Assembly: GCA_965250085.1 (NCBI GenBank)
Contig: OZ252287.1
Coordinates: 192,001 to 256,000 of the forward strand
Direction of reading: 5' to 3'
Origin: Candidatus Altimarinota bacterium
GTDB taxonomy: Bacteria > Patescibacteriota > Gracilibacteria > CAIRYL01
Length of the DNA: 64,000 nucleotides
Of the stretch, positions 47,613-57,786 are shown piece by piece. Position numbers and translations under genes: made by a program. The notes beneath the pieces are model-generated. The model had not been told where the DNA came from. It did not search any database and saw nothing but the letters and a program-made list of their open reading frames with translations. Each line of letters begins with the position of its first letter. Within the stretch, counting starts at the first letter, position 1.

Positions 47613-48515
47613 ATGAAAGTCTGGGTTTTGACTCGCCGGAGCAATTTTGAGAAGTATTCCAACCAGCGATTTTTGGAGGAAGGAAAAAAAATGAAAATGA
47701 ACGTAGAGCTCATGTGTCCGCAAGAATTTGAGCTCATCGTCACCAAAGAAGGAAAAAAGAGTATCCTCCATCAAGGGAAAGTAGAATCTATGCCAGATGT
47801 GCTTATTCCTCGTATGGGCGCGAGTACTACCTATTTTGCCCTCGCCGTCATCCGGCATTTAGAAAAACTGGGAGTCTATGTGCTCAATACCAGTGAATCT
47901 ATTGAAAAGGCAAAGGACAAACTCGCCAGTCTGCAGATCTTGGCCACGGAAAATCTTCCTTTTCCCAAAACCATGCTTGCCAAACTACCACTCAATAGCG
48001 AAATGGTCGAAAAAGAATTTGGCTTTCCCGTCGTGCTCAAAACTATTTCCGGCATGCAGGGCAAAGGAGTCATGCTGTGTGAAAATAAAGAAAACCTTGA
48101 AGACATTATCAACCTCCTTGGAAAGTCGCGAAACGGAAACCTGAACCTTATTTTTCAGGAATATATTGCTGCCAGTCGCGGAAAAGACCTTCGCGTGTTT
48201 GTGGTGGGAGGCAAAGCCTTAGGTGCTATGCAGCGCACTGCCCCTGAAGGGAAGTTCAAAACTAATTTTTCCGCTGGAGGAAGCGTAGAATCATTTACAC
48301 TGCTTCCAGAAGTGGAATGGCTTGCCATTGAATCCGCCAAACTTTTGAATCTGGAAATTGCCGGTGTGGATATCCTGTTTGATGAAAGCGGTTACAAAGT
48401 GTGTGAAATCAACTCTTCTCCTGGTTTTGAAGGTTTTGAATACGCGACAAAAATCAACATCCCCGAAGAAATCTACCACTTCCTGCAAGTGAGACTTCAA
48501 GGAGAGATGAGCTAA
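47613..48515 (+). CDS. rimK: RimK-family ATP-grasp glutamate ligase
   Basis: IPRMG, KDKL, G.QGKGV, QEYI..SRGKDLRV, AGVDIL, CEINSSPG. Confidence 0.92.
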   Translation: MKVWVLTRRSNFEKYSNQRFLEEGKKMKMNVELMCPQEFELIVTKEGKKSILHQGKVESMPDVLIPRMGASTTYFALAVIRHLEKLGVYVLNTSESIEKAKDKLASLQILATENLPFPKTMLAKLPLNSEMVEKEFGFPVVLKTISGMQGKGVMLCENKENLEDIINLLGKSRNGNLNLIFQEYIAASRGKDLRVFVVGGKALGAMQRTAPEGKFKTNFSAGGSVESFTLLPEVEWLAIESAKLLNLEIAGVDILFDESGYKVCEINSSPGFEGFEYATKINIPEEIYHFLQVRLQGEMS

Positions 48516-48541
48516 AATGAGATAGCATATAGAGAAGAAGC

Positions 48542-48739
48542 CTAAATGGTTTCAGCTTCAGTTTCAAATCGTTCTCTGTTTTCAACCATCCATTTCTTTT
48601 TGTCTTCTTCCCCTTTGCTCGGATCATTCATTACATCAGCATGGGCCTGCATATAATGGGGCATAAGTGCCTGCATCCACTCTTCGAATGTTTCGGCTTC
48701 AGCCACATGATCGCAAAGATCGCATTTGAGAGACCTCAT
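48542..48739 (-). CDS. Small metal-binding hypothetical protein
   Basis: CDLC...AETFEEW...HYMQAH. Confidence 0.7.
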   Translation of the reverse strand: MRSLKCDLCDHVAEAETFEEWMQALMPHYMQAHADVMNDPSKGEEDKKKWMVENRERFETEAETI

Positions 48740-48886
48740 AAAGTGTATATATAAAAGATGAGGTCAGTGTAACACATGCAAAAAAATTCCCAATTCGTGA
48801 GATGCTCAAAGTGGCTTTTTAGACAAAAAGAACACCTTCTCCATAAGCAATTGTGGCGTCTTGGTCGTGTGCGATGAACTGCCTCT

Positions 48887-49186
48887 CTAGTTGCACCATA
48901 CTCTTCCGCCAGATCCCGGGTCGTCAACTCTGCGATCCTTGGAAGCAATACCCCTCCTTATTCTCTTAGGAGAAGCCATTGATTCAGGGATGGGAATATA
49001 TGGGTACCTAAATTTAACTCGTGTTCTGGGCTGTTCCCCCTTCCTTGGATCGTGAGATCCTAATATTCCTGAGGTATTCCTGCTAACCTCGTTTCTCACT
49101 GGTTCTATTTCAGAGGAATCAGATGTCACCACCTCTTTCTGTTCTGTCGGTTCTGTACGAGGAGAAACTCGGTTTGGATTTTTCAT
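48887..49186 (-). CDS. Hypothetical protein (orphan)
   Basis: 99 aa ORF with low-complexity N-terminus. Confidence 0.5.
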   Translation of the reverse strand: MKNPNRVSPRTEPTEQKEVVTSDSSEIEPVRNEVSRNTSGILGSHDPRKGEQPRTRVKFRYPYIPIPESMASPKRIRRGIASKDRRVDDPGSGGRVWCN

Positions 49187-49190
49187 ATAG

Positions 49191-49460
49191 AATAAAAAAG
49201 AAGAAAAAGATCCGAATACAACTGCTCATATGGAAATTGCTATGGTTTTACCTGAATACAGAGGAAATAATCTTCAGAGTTTTTTTATTCGGGAACGTTT
49301 AGAAATGGCAAGAAAAAAAGGGATGAAACATGTCGCTTCAACCGTTTCTGTAGAGAACATTCATAGTCTTGTAAACTTAAAAGATGAAGGTTTTTCTATC
49401 AAAAAAACGACGGAGAAATATGGAGGACGAATGAGACATCTTCTCTTAAAAAATTTATAA
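49191..49460 (+). pseudogene. GNAT acetyltransferase C-terminal fragment
   Basis: VLPEYRGNNLQ and N..SL...GF motifs; in-frame TAG at 49188-49190, N-terminal half missing. Confidence 0.65.
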
Positions 49461-49587
49461 AATTCCGCAAATCAGTATTAGAAAAATTCTTTCTTGTGCC
49501 CTTATCAAATGTAAAAAGTTGCCTCTTATACTCCATTACTCCCTGCCTACGGTGCTCATTTGTACGAAGATCAACTTGAGAAATATT

Positions 49588-49848
49588 TTACTTGCAAAGT
49601 ACTTCGAGTTGTCCAGTGCCAGCACAGGGTTTGCATCTCTCTTTTTTTTCACTGCTTTTTTCAAAACAAATAGGGCAGATAACAAAAAAATCACGTGGTG
49701 GATGTGAGTTTGCTTCGAGTGTCTCGATGCGTTTAAGAATTGATTTTATCATAGGGATACGACTGAGTGACCTCAAGTGTATCACATAAATCGTACGACC
49801 CCCTAGACTGGATGCCCCTCCCCGAGAGGTTCTTCCTTGTTCGTTCAT
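49588..49848 (-). CDS. Small Zn-finger hypothetical protein (start uncertain)
   Basis: CPIC...CKPCAGTG (DnaJ-type CxxCxGxG). Confidence 0.5.
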   Translation of the reverse strand: MNEQGRTSRGGASSLGGRTIYVIHLRSLSRIPMIKSILKRIETLEANSHPPRDFFVICPICFEKSSEKKERCKPCAGTGQLEVLCK

Positions 49849-50068
49849 TTTTTTGAAAACTTTGTTTTCTCAAAAGAATTCACTCGTCGTTATCAAATCA
49901 TGGTTCTCTGTCCAGCCAAAATAAAGGGATCAAAAATAACCCCGTCACTTCGTGATGAGAACACTTTCGATTGGCTCGGCGTAAGGTTGGAGGTTTTAAA
50001 GATTTAAAGAAATAAAACAGAACAATTCATCATTCTTGATTTTGTTCGTATTTAGTACAGATGCGGTT

Positions 50069-51265
50069 TTAATCAACACACGGACACTTCTTTGCATCTT
50101 TAAAACTCCAAATACGATTGCACAGAATCCATGCTGCTGTCCCCCCTAGTATTCCAATAGTTAACTGACCACTAAAAACCAAAGCGAATATCATTATATA
50201 AATTATCGATTCCTTCACAAGTAACCCATTTCTGTAAAGATGCCATATCCCTCCGCCATCTACTGCCTTTAATCCTGCCTTCATTAAAACTCCTATAAAA
50301 ACTGCGATAGGAACAAATGCCAAAATATTACTAAAAAAGAAAACTTCTATGAAGACCAGAATTCCGACCAGCATTCCTACAAATTGTGATTGAGCCTGAC
50401 CGAGCTGGAGAAGTTTTGTACGAATAAAGCCAACACTGCTGGGAATTCCTCCAATAAATCCTATAGCTATATTTACGATACTTTGATTTTTTAATTCCCT
50501 ATTCCCATCTTGTTTGGGAGAAAGTGCTCGCAAAGTTATGAGAGTAACGAGCAGTATTAAAAACGCCATATTTAACGACTGAAACACAACCAACCCCCAG
50601 GGTATATTTTGCAAGGTGATGTCAGGTATAAGTTCAAATAAACCCGCTAATTCAACATTCAGAGTTTTTGTTTGTATTTTAAAGAGAAAAACCACAACGC
50701 CTCCAAGAATCATACTCATAAGCGATCCTGAAAACATTCCAAACCAAGATGATTTTCCTTTGAGTTTTTTGAAAATTGGGAGCCATAAAAAAAGAAAACC
50801 CAATGTTCCCAGAGCGATCCATATCTCTGGAGATAAAAGTGCTTCAGATAATGTTTTTTCAGAGGGAAAGAGTTTTTTGATCTGCTTCCAAATAATCAGC
50901 GCTGCTACGCCATTTATAAATGCGGAAACAACAACATTTGGAACATATTTGAGAAAATTGCCCATTTTAAACTGCCCGGCCAAAAATAACCAAACAGCTC
51001 CCAATATGCAGGAAATCATCAGCGCACCTCTGTTCTCTCCAAAAACTGTGAGCATTCCCACAAAAAGTGCTGCTGTTGGCCCAATTGGCCCCGATGCTTT
51101 TACTTTCATACCCCCAAAAAAACTGTCGACAATAGAGGCTATTCCGTAAGACAAAATCCCAATAAGTGCCCCTACTCCTGTCCACACTCCAAAAGCTGCT
51201 CCGGCAGCAACAGTCAAAAAACTTACACTAATCGCCGAACTGACGTCTTGGATTTTTATTTTCAT
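50069..51265 (-). CDS. SulP-family anion transporter (no STAS domain)
   Basis: SGPIGPTA, KYVPNVVVSAFING, RELKNQSIVN...GGIP, FVPIAV; ATGA overlap with the upstream antiporter. Confidence 0.85.
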   Translation of the reverse strand: MKIKIQDVSSAISVSFLTVAAGAAFGVWTGVGALIGILSYGIASIVDSFFGGMKVKASGPIGPTAALFVGMLTVFGENRGALMISCILGAVWLFLAGQFKMGNFLKYVPNVVVSAFINGVAALIIWKQIKKLFPSEKTLSEALLSPEIWIALGTLGFLFLWLPIFKKLKGKSSWFGMFSGSLMSMILGGVVVFLFKIQTKTLNVELAGLFELIPDITLQNIPWGLVVFQSLNMAFLILLVTLITLRALSPKQDGNRELKNQSIVNIAIGFIGGIPSSVGFIRTKLLQLGQAQSQFVGMLVGILVFIEVFFFSNILAFVPIAVFIGVLMKAGLKAVDGGGIWHLYRNGLLVKESIIYIMIFALVFSGQLTIGILGGTAAWILCNRIWSFKDAKKCPCVD

Positions 51266-52476
51266 AATGGATGTTTTGTAAGATTGCGACTCAAAGCAAG
51301 TGGATTCACAATCATCGACCACAACACAAGGAAAAACACCAAACAGAGAAACAAACTCTTCCATTCAAAACTTTGAGGAAGAAGAAATACCAGTGCCACA
51401 CTCACTGCTCCGCGAAGTCCGGACCAGCTCAAGATACTCTTCCAGCGAGATTCGAATTTTGAACACATGCCGGCAATAATCGGACTGCTGCCGTAAATCA
51501 ATAGGAAACGGGATATCAGCACTCCTGCAGCGACTCCCAGCAGTGGCAAGCTCCACGGAAAAGAATGATTTGTTAAGATTACTCCTAATAACAAAAATAG
51601 TGTGCTATTTGCCAGGATTTCAAGCATTTCCCAAAAAGTATTCACAAAAGAAGATGGACCAAGCCTGGAACAGGTTTCTTTTTGGCAAAAAACAAAAACC
51701 ATCCCTGCCACGAGTGTGGTAATAATGCCCGAAGCATGAAAAATCTCCTCACCAAGAAAAAAACTGCCATATGCGACCAACAGTGAAAAAAGTGCCTGCA
51801 CAATTTCTGTTTCCCGCCAGCGAGTGTAGAGCAACTTGGCTCCCCATCCTATCACGCAGCCAATCGGCACCGCTCCTAGTACTTTCCAGCTCAGGACTCC
51901 TAATGCTTCAAGTGTAGTTACTTCATTAGTTCCAAAGAGAAGTCCTGAAAGAATTGTAAAGAGTACAATACTGGTTGCATCATTAAAAAGTGCTTCACCT
52001 TCAATCATGGTGTGCAGTTTCTCCGGCAGGCCAAACCTTCCGAGCAAGCCGCCTACTGCAACAGGGTCTGTACCGGCGATAATCGCACCAAACAGCATTC
52101 CTGTAAGCCAGCTCACTGGAAGTAAGAGCCAAGCAAGTGTGCCGATAAAGAGTGCTGAGAGAATAACTCCGACAATTGAGAGGTATAGTATGGGTCCCAG
52201 ATCATCTCTGAGCTCATGCCAATGGAGTTTTCGTGCGGCGTTAAACGTATAAATAGGGAGGAAAACAGACAAAATAACATGCGGATCGAGAGTATGAATC
52301 TGAAGTTCTCTAGGCAAATACCCTTGCAGAAGACCAAAAATCACTCCAATTCCAAGGATCCAGGTAGGAAATGGAATCACGGATTTTTTACTGTAGTGGA
52401 AAACGACAACACTGATTGAAATTATAAAAAGGGCAAGAACAATGATTTCAGTTATCAGTGAATGGGACATGAGCAA
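51262..52476 (-). CDS. CPA1 Na+/H+ antiporter (NhaP-like)
   Basis: FGAIIAGTDPVAV, IEGEALFNDA, WSGLRGAVSVAL. Confidence 0.93.
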   Translation of the reverse strand: MLMSHSLITEIIVLALFIISISVVVFHYSKKSVIPFPTWILGIGVIFGLLQGYLPRELQIHTLDPHVILSVFLPIYTFNAARKLHWHELRDDLGPILYLSIVGVILSALFIGTLAWLLLPVSWLTGMLFGAIIAGTDPVAVGGLLGRFGLPEKLHTMIEGEALFNDATSIVLFTILSGLLFGTNEVTTLEALGVLSWKVLGAVPIGCVIGWGAKLLYTRWRETEIVQALFSLLVAYGSFFLGEEIFHASGIITTLVAGMVFVFCQKETCSRLGPSSFVNTFWEMLEILANSTLFLLLGVILTNHSFPWSLPLLGVAAGVLISRFLLIYGSSPIIAGMCSKFESRWKSILSWSGLRGAVSVALVFLLPQSFEWKSLFLCLVFFLVLWSMIVNPLALSRNLTKHPL

Positions 52477-52604
52477 GTCGGAAAAGATTAGAGTTCAATG
52501 ATTTTTAAAATTCTAAGATATATATCACACTTTCGTTTACCAGGTAGTTCATATATATTTTTTCTTAGTGTATCATCATTTTTGAACCTTAACCCAATCT
52601 TTCT

Positions 52605-53534
52605 ATGATGCAGAATCTGAATCCTGTACCAGAAAACGGGCGTGTACCAGTTTGGTACAATGGGAAGCTTGTTGCTTTTGAGGATGCCACTATTCATGTC
52701 ATCACCCATGCCGTTAACTACGGCACTGCAGTTTTTGAAGGTATACGCGTGTATGATACAGAAAAGGGCGTCAGTATTTTTCATTTGCATGCTCATCTGA
52801 AGCGTTTGATGAAGAGTGCAGAAAAATTTGGCATCAAAACACCTTATAGCTACGAAGAGATTGTCCAGGCCTGCATTGATACTGTTAAAGCCAGCGGGCA
52901 CAAGGTCGGTTATATTCGTCCACAAATTCAATTTGGTCTGAGCAAACCAGGCCTCGGCAGTATTACCGAAGTCGAGATGTATATATTCTTTTGGCCGTTG
53001 GGCAAATACCGAGAGAATGAATTTCTACGCGTGGTATTAAGTGATATAGAACGTATCTCACCGAAGGCCGGTGATATCGAGGCAAAAGTAATGGGCTATT
53101 ACACCAATAGCCATTTTAATCATCAATTTGCTCACCATCATGACGCGGATGACGCGCTCATGCTGGATGTGAATGGAAATGTAGCCGAAGCTAGTTCCAG
53201 TAATGTGTTTATCGTGAAAGATGGCGTATTGATTACCCCAAAAACAGGATATATTTTAAAAGGAATAACCCGTGCTAGTGTGCTTGAACTCGCCGAAAAA
53301 GAACTCACAATGGAAACACAAGAACGAGTTGTCACTCCCGAAAATCTCGAATCAGCTGACGAGATATTTTTAACTGGAACAGCAGCTCAAATTGATCCAG
53401 TTACGAAATACAATGGCAAGCCGGTTGGCACTGGAGAACTTGGAAAGTTCACTGGAAAACTTCGTGAATCATATGTAAATGTCGCAAATGGGAAAGTCGA
53501 TGGCTATGAAGATTGGCACACACCAGTTTCTTAA
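52605..53534 (+). CDS. ilvE: Branched-chain amino acid aminotransferase
   Basis: NYGTAVFEGIR, HLKRL..SA, EASSSNVF, ILKGITR, ADEIFLTGTAA. Confidence 0.93.
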   Translation: MMQNLNPVPENGRVPVWYNGKLVAFEDATIHVITHAVNYGTAVFEGIRVYDTEKGVSIFHLHAHLKRLMKSAEKFGIKTPYSYEEIVQACIDTVKASGHKVGYIRPQIQFGLSKPGLGSITEVEMYIFFWPLGKYRENEFLRVVLSDIERISPKAGDIEAKVMGYYTNSHFNHQFAHHHDADDALMLDVNGNVAEASSSNVFIVKDGVLITPKTGYILKGITRASVLELAEKELTMETQERVVTPENLESADEIFLTGTAAQIDPVTKYNGKPVGTGELGKFTGKLRESYVNVANGKVDGYEDWHTPVS

Positions 53535-53562
53535 TATCTAACTTTTTTCTATTTTCTTGTTT

Positions 53563-54351
53563 ATGAATTTCAAAATCATTAAATCCCTTGCCCAAAAAAC
53601 CAGTACTGCCACTGTCACCGATGTGCTGACGAAAGAAATTGGTGCTGGTACTCACGGGCATGAATCCCAGTACTTTATGCGCGGGCTCAAAACTGACACA
53701 CCCTACAATAAATTCATTGGAGAGGCCGTCACTGTTCGTTCACTGCCCATGCGCCCTGATCTGGCACGCGATGTGCAGGCAAAGCATAAGGATCGTGTTA
53801 AAAATGGAGATCCCATGATGCTTGCTTTTGAAGAATGTGGTCCGGGAAAGGTGTTGATTATTGACAGCGGTGAGATGAGTGATTCTGCTGTTGGGGGAGA
53901 TACAAAAATGGCATATCTTGACTCAAAGGGCACCGAAGGACTTGTTACTGATGGCGGATTACGCGACCGCAGAGATTTTGCCGAAGTATTTAAAATGACA
54001 ACGTGGTGTGGCGGCTATACGCCGCTTGTGGGCACCAAAGCCAAACTCTTTCCCTATGAATACAATGTGTCAATCAACTGCGCTGGCGTCTTGGTGCGAC
54101 CAGGGGATTATGTTTATGGTGATGAAAATGGTGTCATCTCAATTCCTGCTGAAAATATTGAAGATCTTCTAAACGCCGCAGTGGCCCGTGAGGCTTTTAA
54201 CACTTTTCTCCGCGAAAAATCAGTTAAAGAAAACATTTCACCAGGTGATCTCTTTGCCTCAAAAAAGATAATACTTCCCGAATTTTTAGAAAATGCTGAT
54301 TTAACAGATGAGCAAAAGACCACACTTGAACCGAAGGGAGACAGTGATTGA
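53563..54351 (+). CDS. RraA/HMG-aldolase family protein
   Basis: GEAVTVR, AVGGD, GLVTDGGLRD, VRPGDYVYGDENGV. Confidence 0.88.
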   Translation: MNFKIIKSLAQKTSTATVTDVLTKEIGAGTHGHESQYFMRGLKTDTPYNKFIGEAVTVRSLPMRPDLARDVQAKHKDRVKNGDPMMLAFEECGPGKVLIIDSGEMSDSAVGGDTKMAYLDSKGTEGLVTDGGLRDRRDFAEVFKMTTWCGGYTPLVGTKAKLFPYEYNVSINCAGVLVRPGDYVYGDENGVISIPAENIEDLLNAAVAREAFNTFLREKSVKENISPGDLFASKKIILPEFLENADLTDEQKTTLEPKGDSD

Positions 54352-54450
54352 AGATTACAATTTTCTGCTTATATACATTTCGAACTTTGGTAAATATGGC
54401 ATTTTTTGGCGACCCCTCAATAATACCTTGAAGAAAGCAAAAACTAATGG

Positions 54451-54525
54451 TGGCTCCCCGGACTGGATTCGAACCAGTGACCTAACGGTTAACAGCCGTA
54501 CGCTCTACCGCTGAGCTACCGGGGA
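54451..54525 (-). tRNA. tRNA-Asn (GTT)
   Basis: TCCCCGGTAGCTCAGCGGTAGAGCGTACGGCT-GTT-AACCGTTAGGTCACTGGTTCGAATCCAGTCCGGGGAGCCA: cloverleaf with encoded CCA. Confidence 0.97.
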
Positions 54526-54601
54526 TTACATGCGGTGTATGATGATTTTATTTGATAGTATAATCGTCCTCCTGACCTATCGAGATGAGTTTTACCAGAG
54601 A

Positions 54602-55792
54602 TTACGTGCGGTGAAACCGAAAAATCTCTCTTCCTACTATTTGCCCCTTTCTCATAAACTCTAAGCTTCCCCTCTCTGTTCCATTCCCAAAAGCAGAGGC
54701 AATATATCCAAAAGACTTGGCACTTTCAAGAACTTTTTGCAGATACCAATACCCACCGCCTGTTTTTCTCCAAAAAGGAAGGCTTATGATAATGGTCTCC
54801 GCTGTTGCATGTTCAAAAAAACCTTGATATATGGAGGTAATTTTTGTTCCCAGTTTTTGAAATTCTGACTCAGACAGAGGTTTTGAGCAAATAGGTCCGA
54901 GGTATCCTTCCGTCACTACTGCGTGTGACTCTTTTTTTCCGGAAAAGGGCTTGGTCGCATCATGCTGAATAATATTCTGAGTATTAAAATCAGGAAAAAA
55001 ATGTTTTATGTTTTCTTTCGTAGCTACCACCATTTTAGATGCAAGATCACTTCCAAAACAATCGACCACTAGGCGTGCCGCTTCGATCACAATAGATCCG
55101 GTTCCACAAAAGGGGTCCCAGATCTCGTGGGGCAAGTCTCCTGCTGTATTCCGTGAAAGATTGACCATAATAAGAGCAAGTTTGGGAGGAAGCATCCCCA
55201 CATGCATATCTCTCACTGGCTTTCCAAAATCTCTTTTTGCAAAAGCCTCCACGTCTTGCGCTGCAAGTGTTTCGGCAAGTACAAATCCTTTTTTTTCTGA
55301 AAAAATACAGAATTCCACATTATTCTCCTTTCCCAATTGCTCTTTGTGATATGTCCCTGCATCAAGATTTTGAAAATTACGATTTACAAACCGAATGGGA
55401 ATATTATTTTTCTGGCACTCTTTCTTAACACCAATCAGGAGCGTCTTGAGAAAGTTTCTCCTGGCATCAGGAGGAAAAGAAGAAATGCCAAAAAGAATTT
55501 TTTGATGTGATTTCTCATATTTTTTATATATTTGCTTATATATTTCATCCTGAATATCCAAAACTCGAGCAAATTCTCCCAAAATACGTCCGCATCGAAT
55601 GGATGATCCGAGTTCATTATAGGTTTGTTGAGTTTCTTTTTTGGAAAGACTTAAAAGATCCTTAAATTTTATGACCAAAACATTTGACACCAAAAGGGAC
55701 TTTGCAGAAGACTTGGGAAACCGACAAACGATTTCCTCAAAGGAAATTTTAGGGAATCTGCCACATTGAAAAAAAAAGAGTTCCGAAGTCAA
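54602..55792 (-). CDS. Trm11/Trm14-like SAM-dependent RNA methyltransferase
   Basis: GMLPPKLALIMVNL, WDPFCGTGSI, GSD, DAT, VTEGYLG. Confidence 0.8.
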   Translation of the reverse strand: MTSELFFFQCGRFPKISFEEIVCRFPKSSAKSLLVSNVLVIKFKDLLSLSKKETQQTYNELGSSIRCGRILGEFARVLDIQDEIYKQIYKKYEKSHQKILFGISSFPPDARRNFLKTLLIGVKKECQKNNIPIRFVNRNFQNLDAGTYHKEQLGKENNVEFCIFSEKKGFVLAETLAAQDVEAFAKRDFGKPVRDMHVGMLPPKLALIMVNLSRNTAGDLPHEIWDPFCGTGSIVIEAARLVVDCFGSDLASKMVVATKENIKHFFPDFNTQNIIQHDATKPFSGKKESHAVVTEGYLGPICSKPLSESEFQKLGTKITSIYQGFFEHATAETIIISLPFWRKTGGGYWYLQKVLESAKSFGYIASAFGNGTERGSLEFMRKGQIVGREIFRFHRT

Positions 55793-55835
55793 TTTACAAC
55801 TTTTAAACAGTTTCTGATTTTATTCTGTCACAAAG

Positions 55836-56330
55836 ATGAAAAAAATGCTCATTCAGTTCTGGAAACGTCATGCAGATATCACTTTGCTCGGTACAATAGG
55901 GGTACTTCTTTTTTCTATTGGATTCTTGGGAGGAACCATTTGGCAAAAGCGTTTTGTTTCTTTGCAAATTCCTGATTTGGTGTGGGCGGAAGAATCTTCT
56001 TCAGAGGTCTCTGTGCTTTTTCTCAAAAAAATTGAGAACGGTGTTCTCTCTGGAAATAATGAGGGGAAGCAAGTGCGCTTTGTGATTGGAGAGAAGCAAG
56101 AAGAGATTGTACCTCTTCAGAGTGGTGAATTTTCTTTTGATGTCACAACCATTCTTCCTAATTTGAAGCAAATACCTGCACCAACAGGCATGCTCTTTGT
56201 TGCATCAAAGAGAGGGAAAAAATTCTGGCCTCTGGATGCTCCAGAAGCCAATATGCTCTCTCCAAAAAATCGTATTTTTTTCAAAAATACAGAAGAAGCA
56301 ACATCGCAAGGCTTTGAGAGAGGTCGATAA
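55836..56330 (+). CDS. Membrane-anchored hypothetical protein with degenerate Ada-metal-binding-like C-terminus
   Basis: N-terminal transmembrane helix; FVASKRGKKF...KNRIFF....EA...GF. Confidence 0.75.
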   Translation: MKKMLIQFWKRHADITLLGTIGVLLFSIGFLGGTIWQKRFVSLQIPDLVWAEESSSEVSVLFLKKIENGVLSGNNEGKQVRFVIGEKQEEIVPLQSGEFSFDVTTILPNLKQIPAPTGMLFVASKRGKKFWPLDAPEANMLSPKNRIFFKNTEEATSQGFERGR

Positions 56331-56501
56331 TGCTTTTTTTGATAGTAAGAACCAAGTATACACAAAAACTGGTTTTTAGTTTTAAAGTAAAATATATAAT
56401 TATTCTGTCAACAGATTTTTTTGCGCGCATGAAAAATGGGAGAAAAAAGGCTTGCTTTTAACGATATCTCCTTCTAAAATTCCCTGGCTTTTTTGAGCTT
56501 C

Positions 56502-56747
56502 ATGACAAAAGAAGATGTAATTGAGGTGGAGGGAATCGTTGAAGAATGTCTCCCTGGTGCAAAATTTCGAGTTCGAATTACTACAGAAGGATTTGTCGAT
56601 AAAGAAGGAGCTCCTATGACTGTGCTTGCTCATGTAGGAGGGAAAATGAGAAAGTTTTCCATTCGAGTAATCCCTGGGGATTCAGTCACCGTAGAACTTT
56701 CGCCCTATGACCTAACAAAAGGTCGCATTACCTATAGAGCAAAATAA
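56502..56747 (+). CDS. infA: Translation initiation factor IF-1
   Basis: KEDVIEVEG...LAHVGGKMR...[21 protein letters not shown]. Confidence 0.97.
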   Translation: MTKEDVIEVEGIVEECLPGAKFRVRITTEGFVDKEGAPMTVLAHVGGKMRKFSIRVIPGDSVTVELSPYDLTKGRITYRAK

Positions 56748-56760
56748 TTTTTCCATACTT

Positions 56761-56874
56761 ATGAAAGTACGTCCGTCTGTAAAAAAAATGTGTCAGCATT
56801 GCAGAATTATCCTTCGGAAAAAGGTAGTGCGTGTCATATGTAAAACCAAAAAACATAAACAGAGACAAGGGTAA
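56761..56874 (+). CDS. rpmJ: 50S ribosomal protein L36
   Basis: Hand translation [37 protein letters not shown]. Confidence 0.97.
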   Translation: MKVRPSVKKMCQHCRIILRKKVVRVICKTKKHKQRQG

Positions 56875-56940
56875 AAGGATAAATGAATATCAGGATTATA
56901 AGCTTTTAGAACTTTCTATTTTTCACTTTTTAATTTGCGA

Positions 56941-57309
56941 ATGGCCCGTATTGCAGGAGTAAACTTACCAAACAAACGAATTGAAATTGCCTTGACCTAT
57001 GTTTTTGGAGTTGGGCTTTCACGAGCTCAGTTTATTCTTAAAAAGGCGGGTGTAGACCCTGAAAAGCGCGCGAATGAGTTAACGGAAAGTGAAGAGAATA
57101 AAGTTCGTACAGAAGTTCAAAAATTCCCTGTAGAAGGAGATTTGCGACAAAAAATCTCTCTTGATATCAAGCGTTTGGAAGAAACGGGATCATACAAAGG
57201 ATATCGTCACAGGCGCCGTTTGCCCGTGAGAGGACAAAGGACTAAAACCAATGCGCGTACTCGCAAAGGAAAAGCTCGAGTCCAAATCACAAACAAAAAG
57301 AAGGTATAG
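56941..57309 (+). CDS. rpsM: 30S ribosomal protein S13
   Basis: [10 protein letters not shown]...[17 protein letters not shown]. Confidence 0.97.
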   Translation: MARIAGVNLPNKRIEIALTYVFGVGLSRAQFILKKAGVDPEKRANELTESEENKVRTEVQKFPVEGDLRQKISLDIKRLEETGSYKGYRHRRRLPVRGQRTKTNARTRKGKARVQITNKKKV

Positions 57310-57339
57310 GAATCCATTTTTTATCTCTTTGAAATTTTT

Positions 57340-57732
57340 ATGACAACCCCAAAAAAATCAGCACCAAAAAAGAAAGTAAAACGAGTGGTTCCCGAGGCAA
57401 AAGCATATATTACCGCAGGTTTTAATAACACCCTTGTGACCATTGCTGATCTGAATGGAGCTGTATTATCGTGGAGTTCTGCTGGTGCGGCTGGGTTTAA
57501 AGGTTCAAGAAAATCAACTCCATACGCTGCTCAGATGGCTGCTGAAAAAGCAGCAGGAAATGCGAAGGCATATGGGGTAGAAAAAGTTGCTGTTACGATA
57601 AAAGGAATTGGTCCCGGTCGAGAACAAGCTCTCCGAGGGCTTCATTTGGCTGGTTTTTCTATCTCCTCTATCGTCGATAGAACCCCTGTTCCTCACAATG
57701 GATGTCGTCCTAAGAAAAAACGAAAAATTTAA
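57340..57732 (+). CDS. rpsK: 30S ribosomal protein S11
   Basis: FNNT, GFKGSRKSTPYAA, TPVPHNGCRP. Confidence 0.97.
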   Translation: MTTPKKSAPKKKVKRVVPEAKAYITAGFNNTLVTIADLNGAVLSWSSAGAAGFKGSRKSTPYAAQMAAEKAAGNAKAYGVEKVAVTIKGIGPGREQALRGLHLAGFSISSIVDRTPVPHNGCRPKKKRKI

Positions 57733-57786
57733 AGCGACACATTATTTTTTCATCTTTCATTATTTTTTTACTTTCAATTTAATTTC

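Noticed and set aside
49860-50000. Possible structured RNA or ribozyme (GTTCTC/GAGAAC, TCAC-GAA-GTGA and AGCCAA/TTGGCT pairings)
   Set aside because: No complete hammerhead, twister or riboswitch consensus is recognisable, and the region also reads as a decayed coding frame with several stops. An Infernal/Rfam search would be needed to revive it.
54448-54453. Genomic CCACCA at the tRNA-Asn 3' end as a degradation tag
   Set aside because: CCACCA tagging is post-transcriptional. A second encoded CCA is plausibly chance and would be trimmed during maturation.
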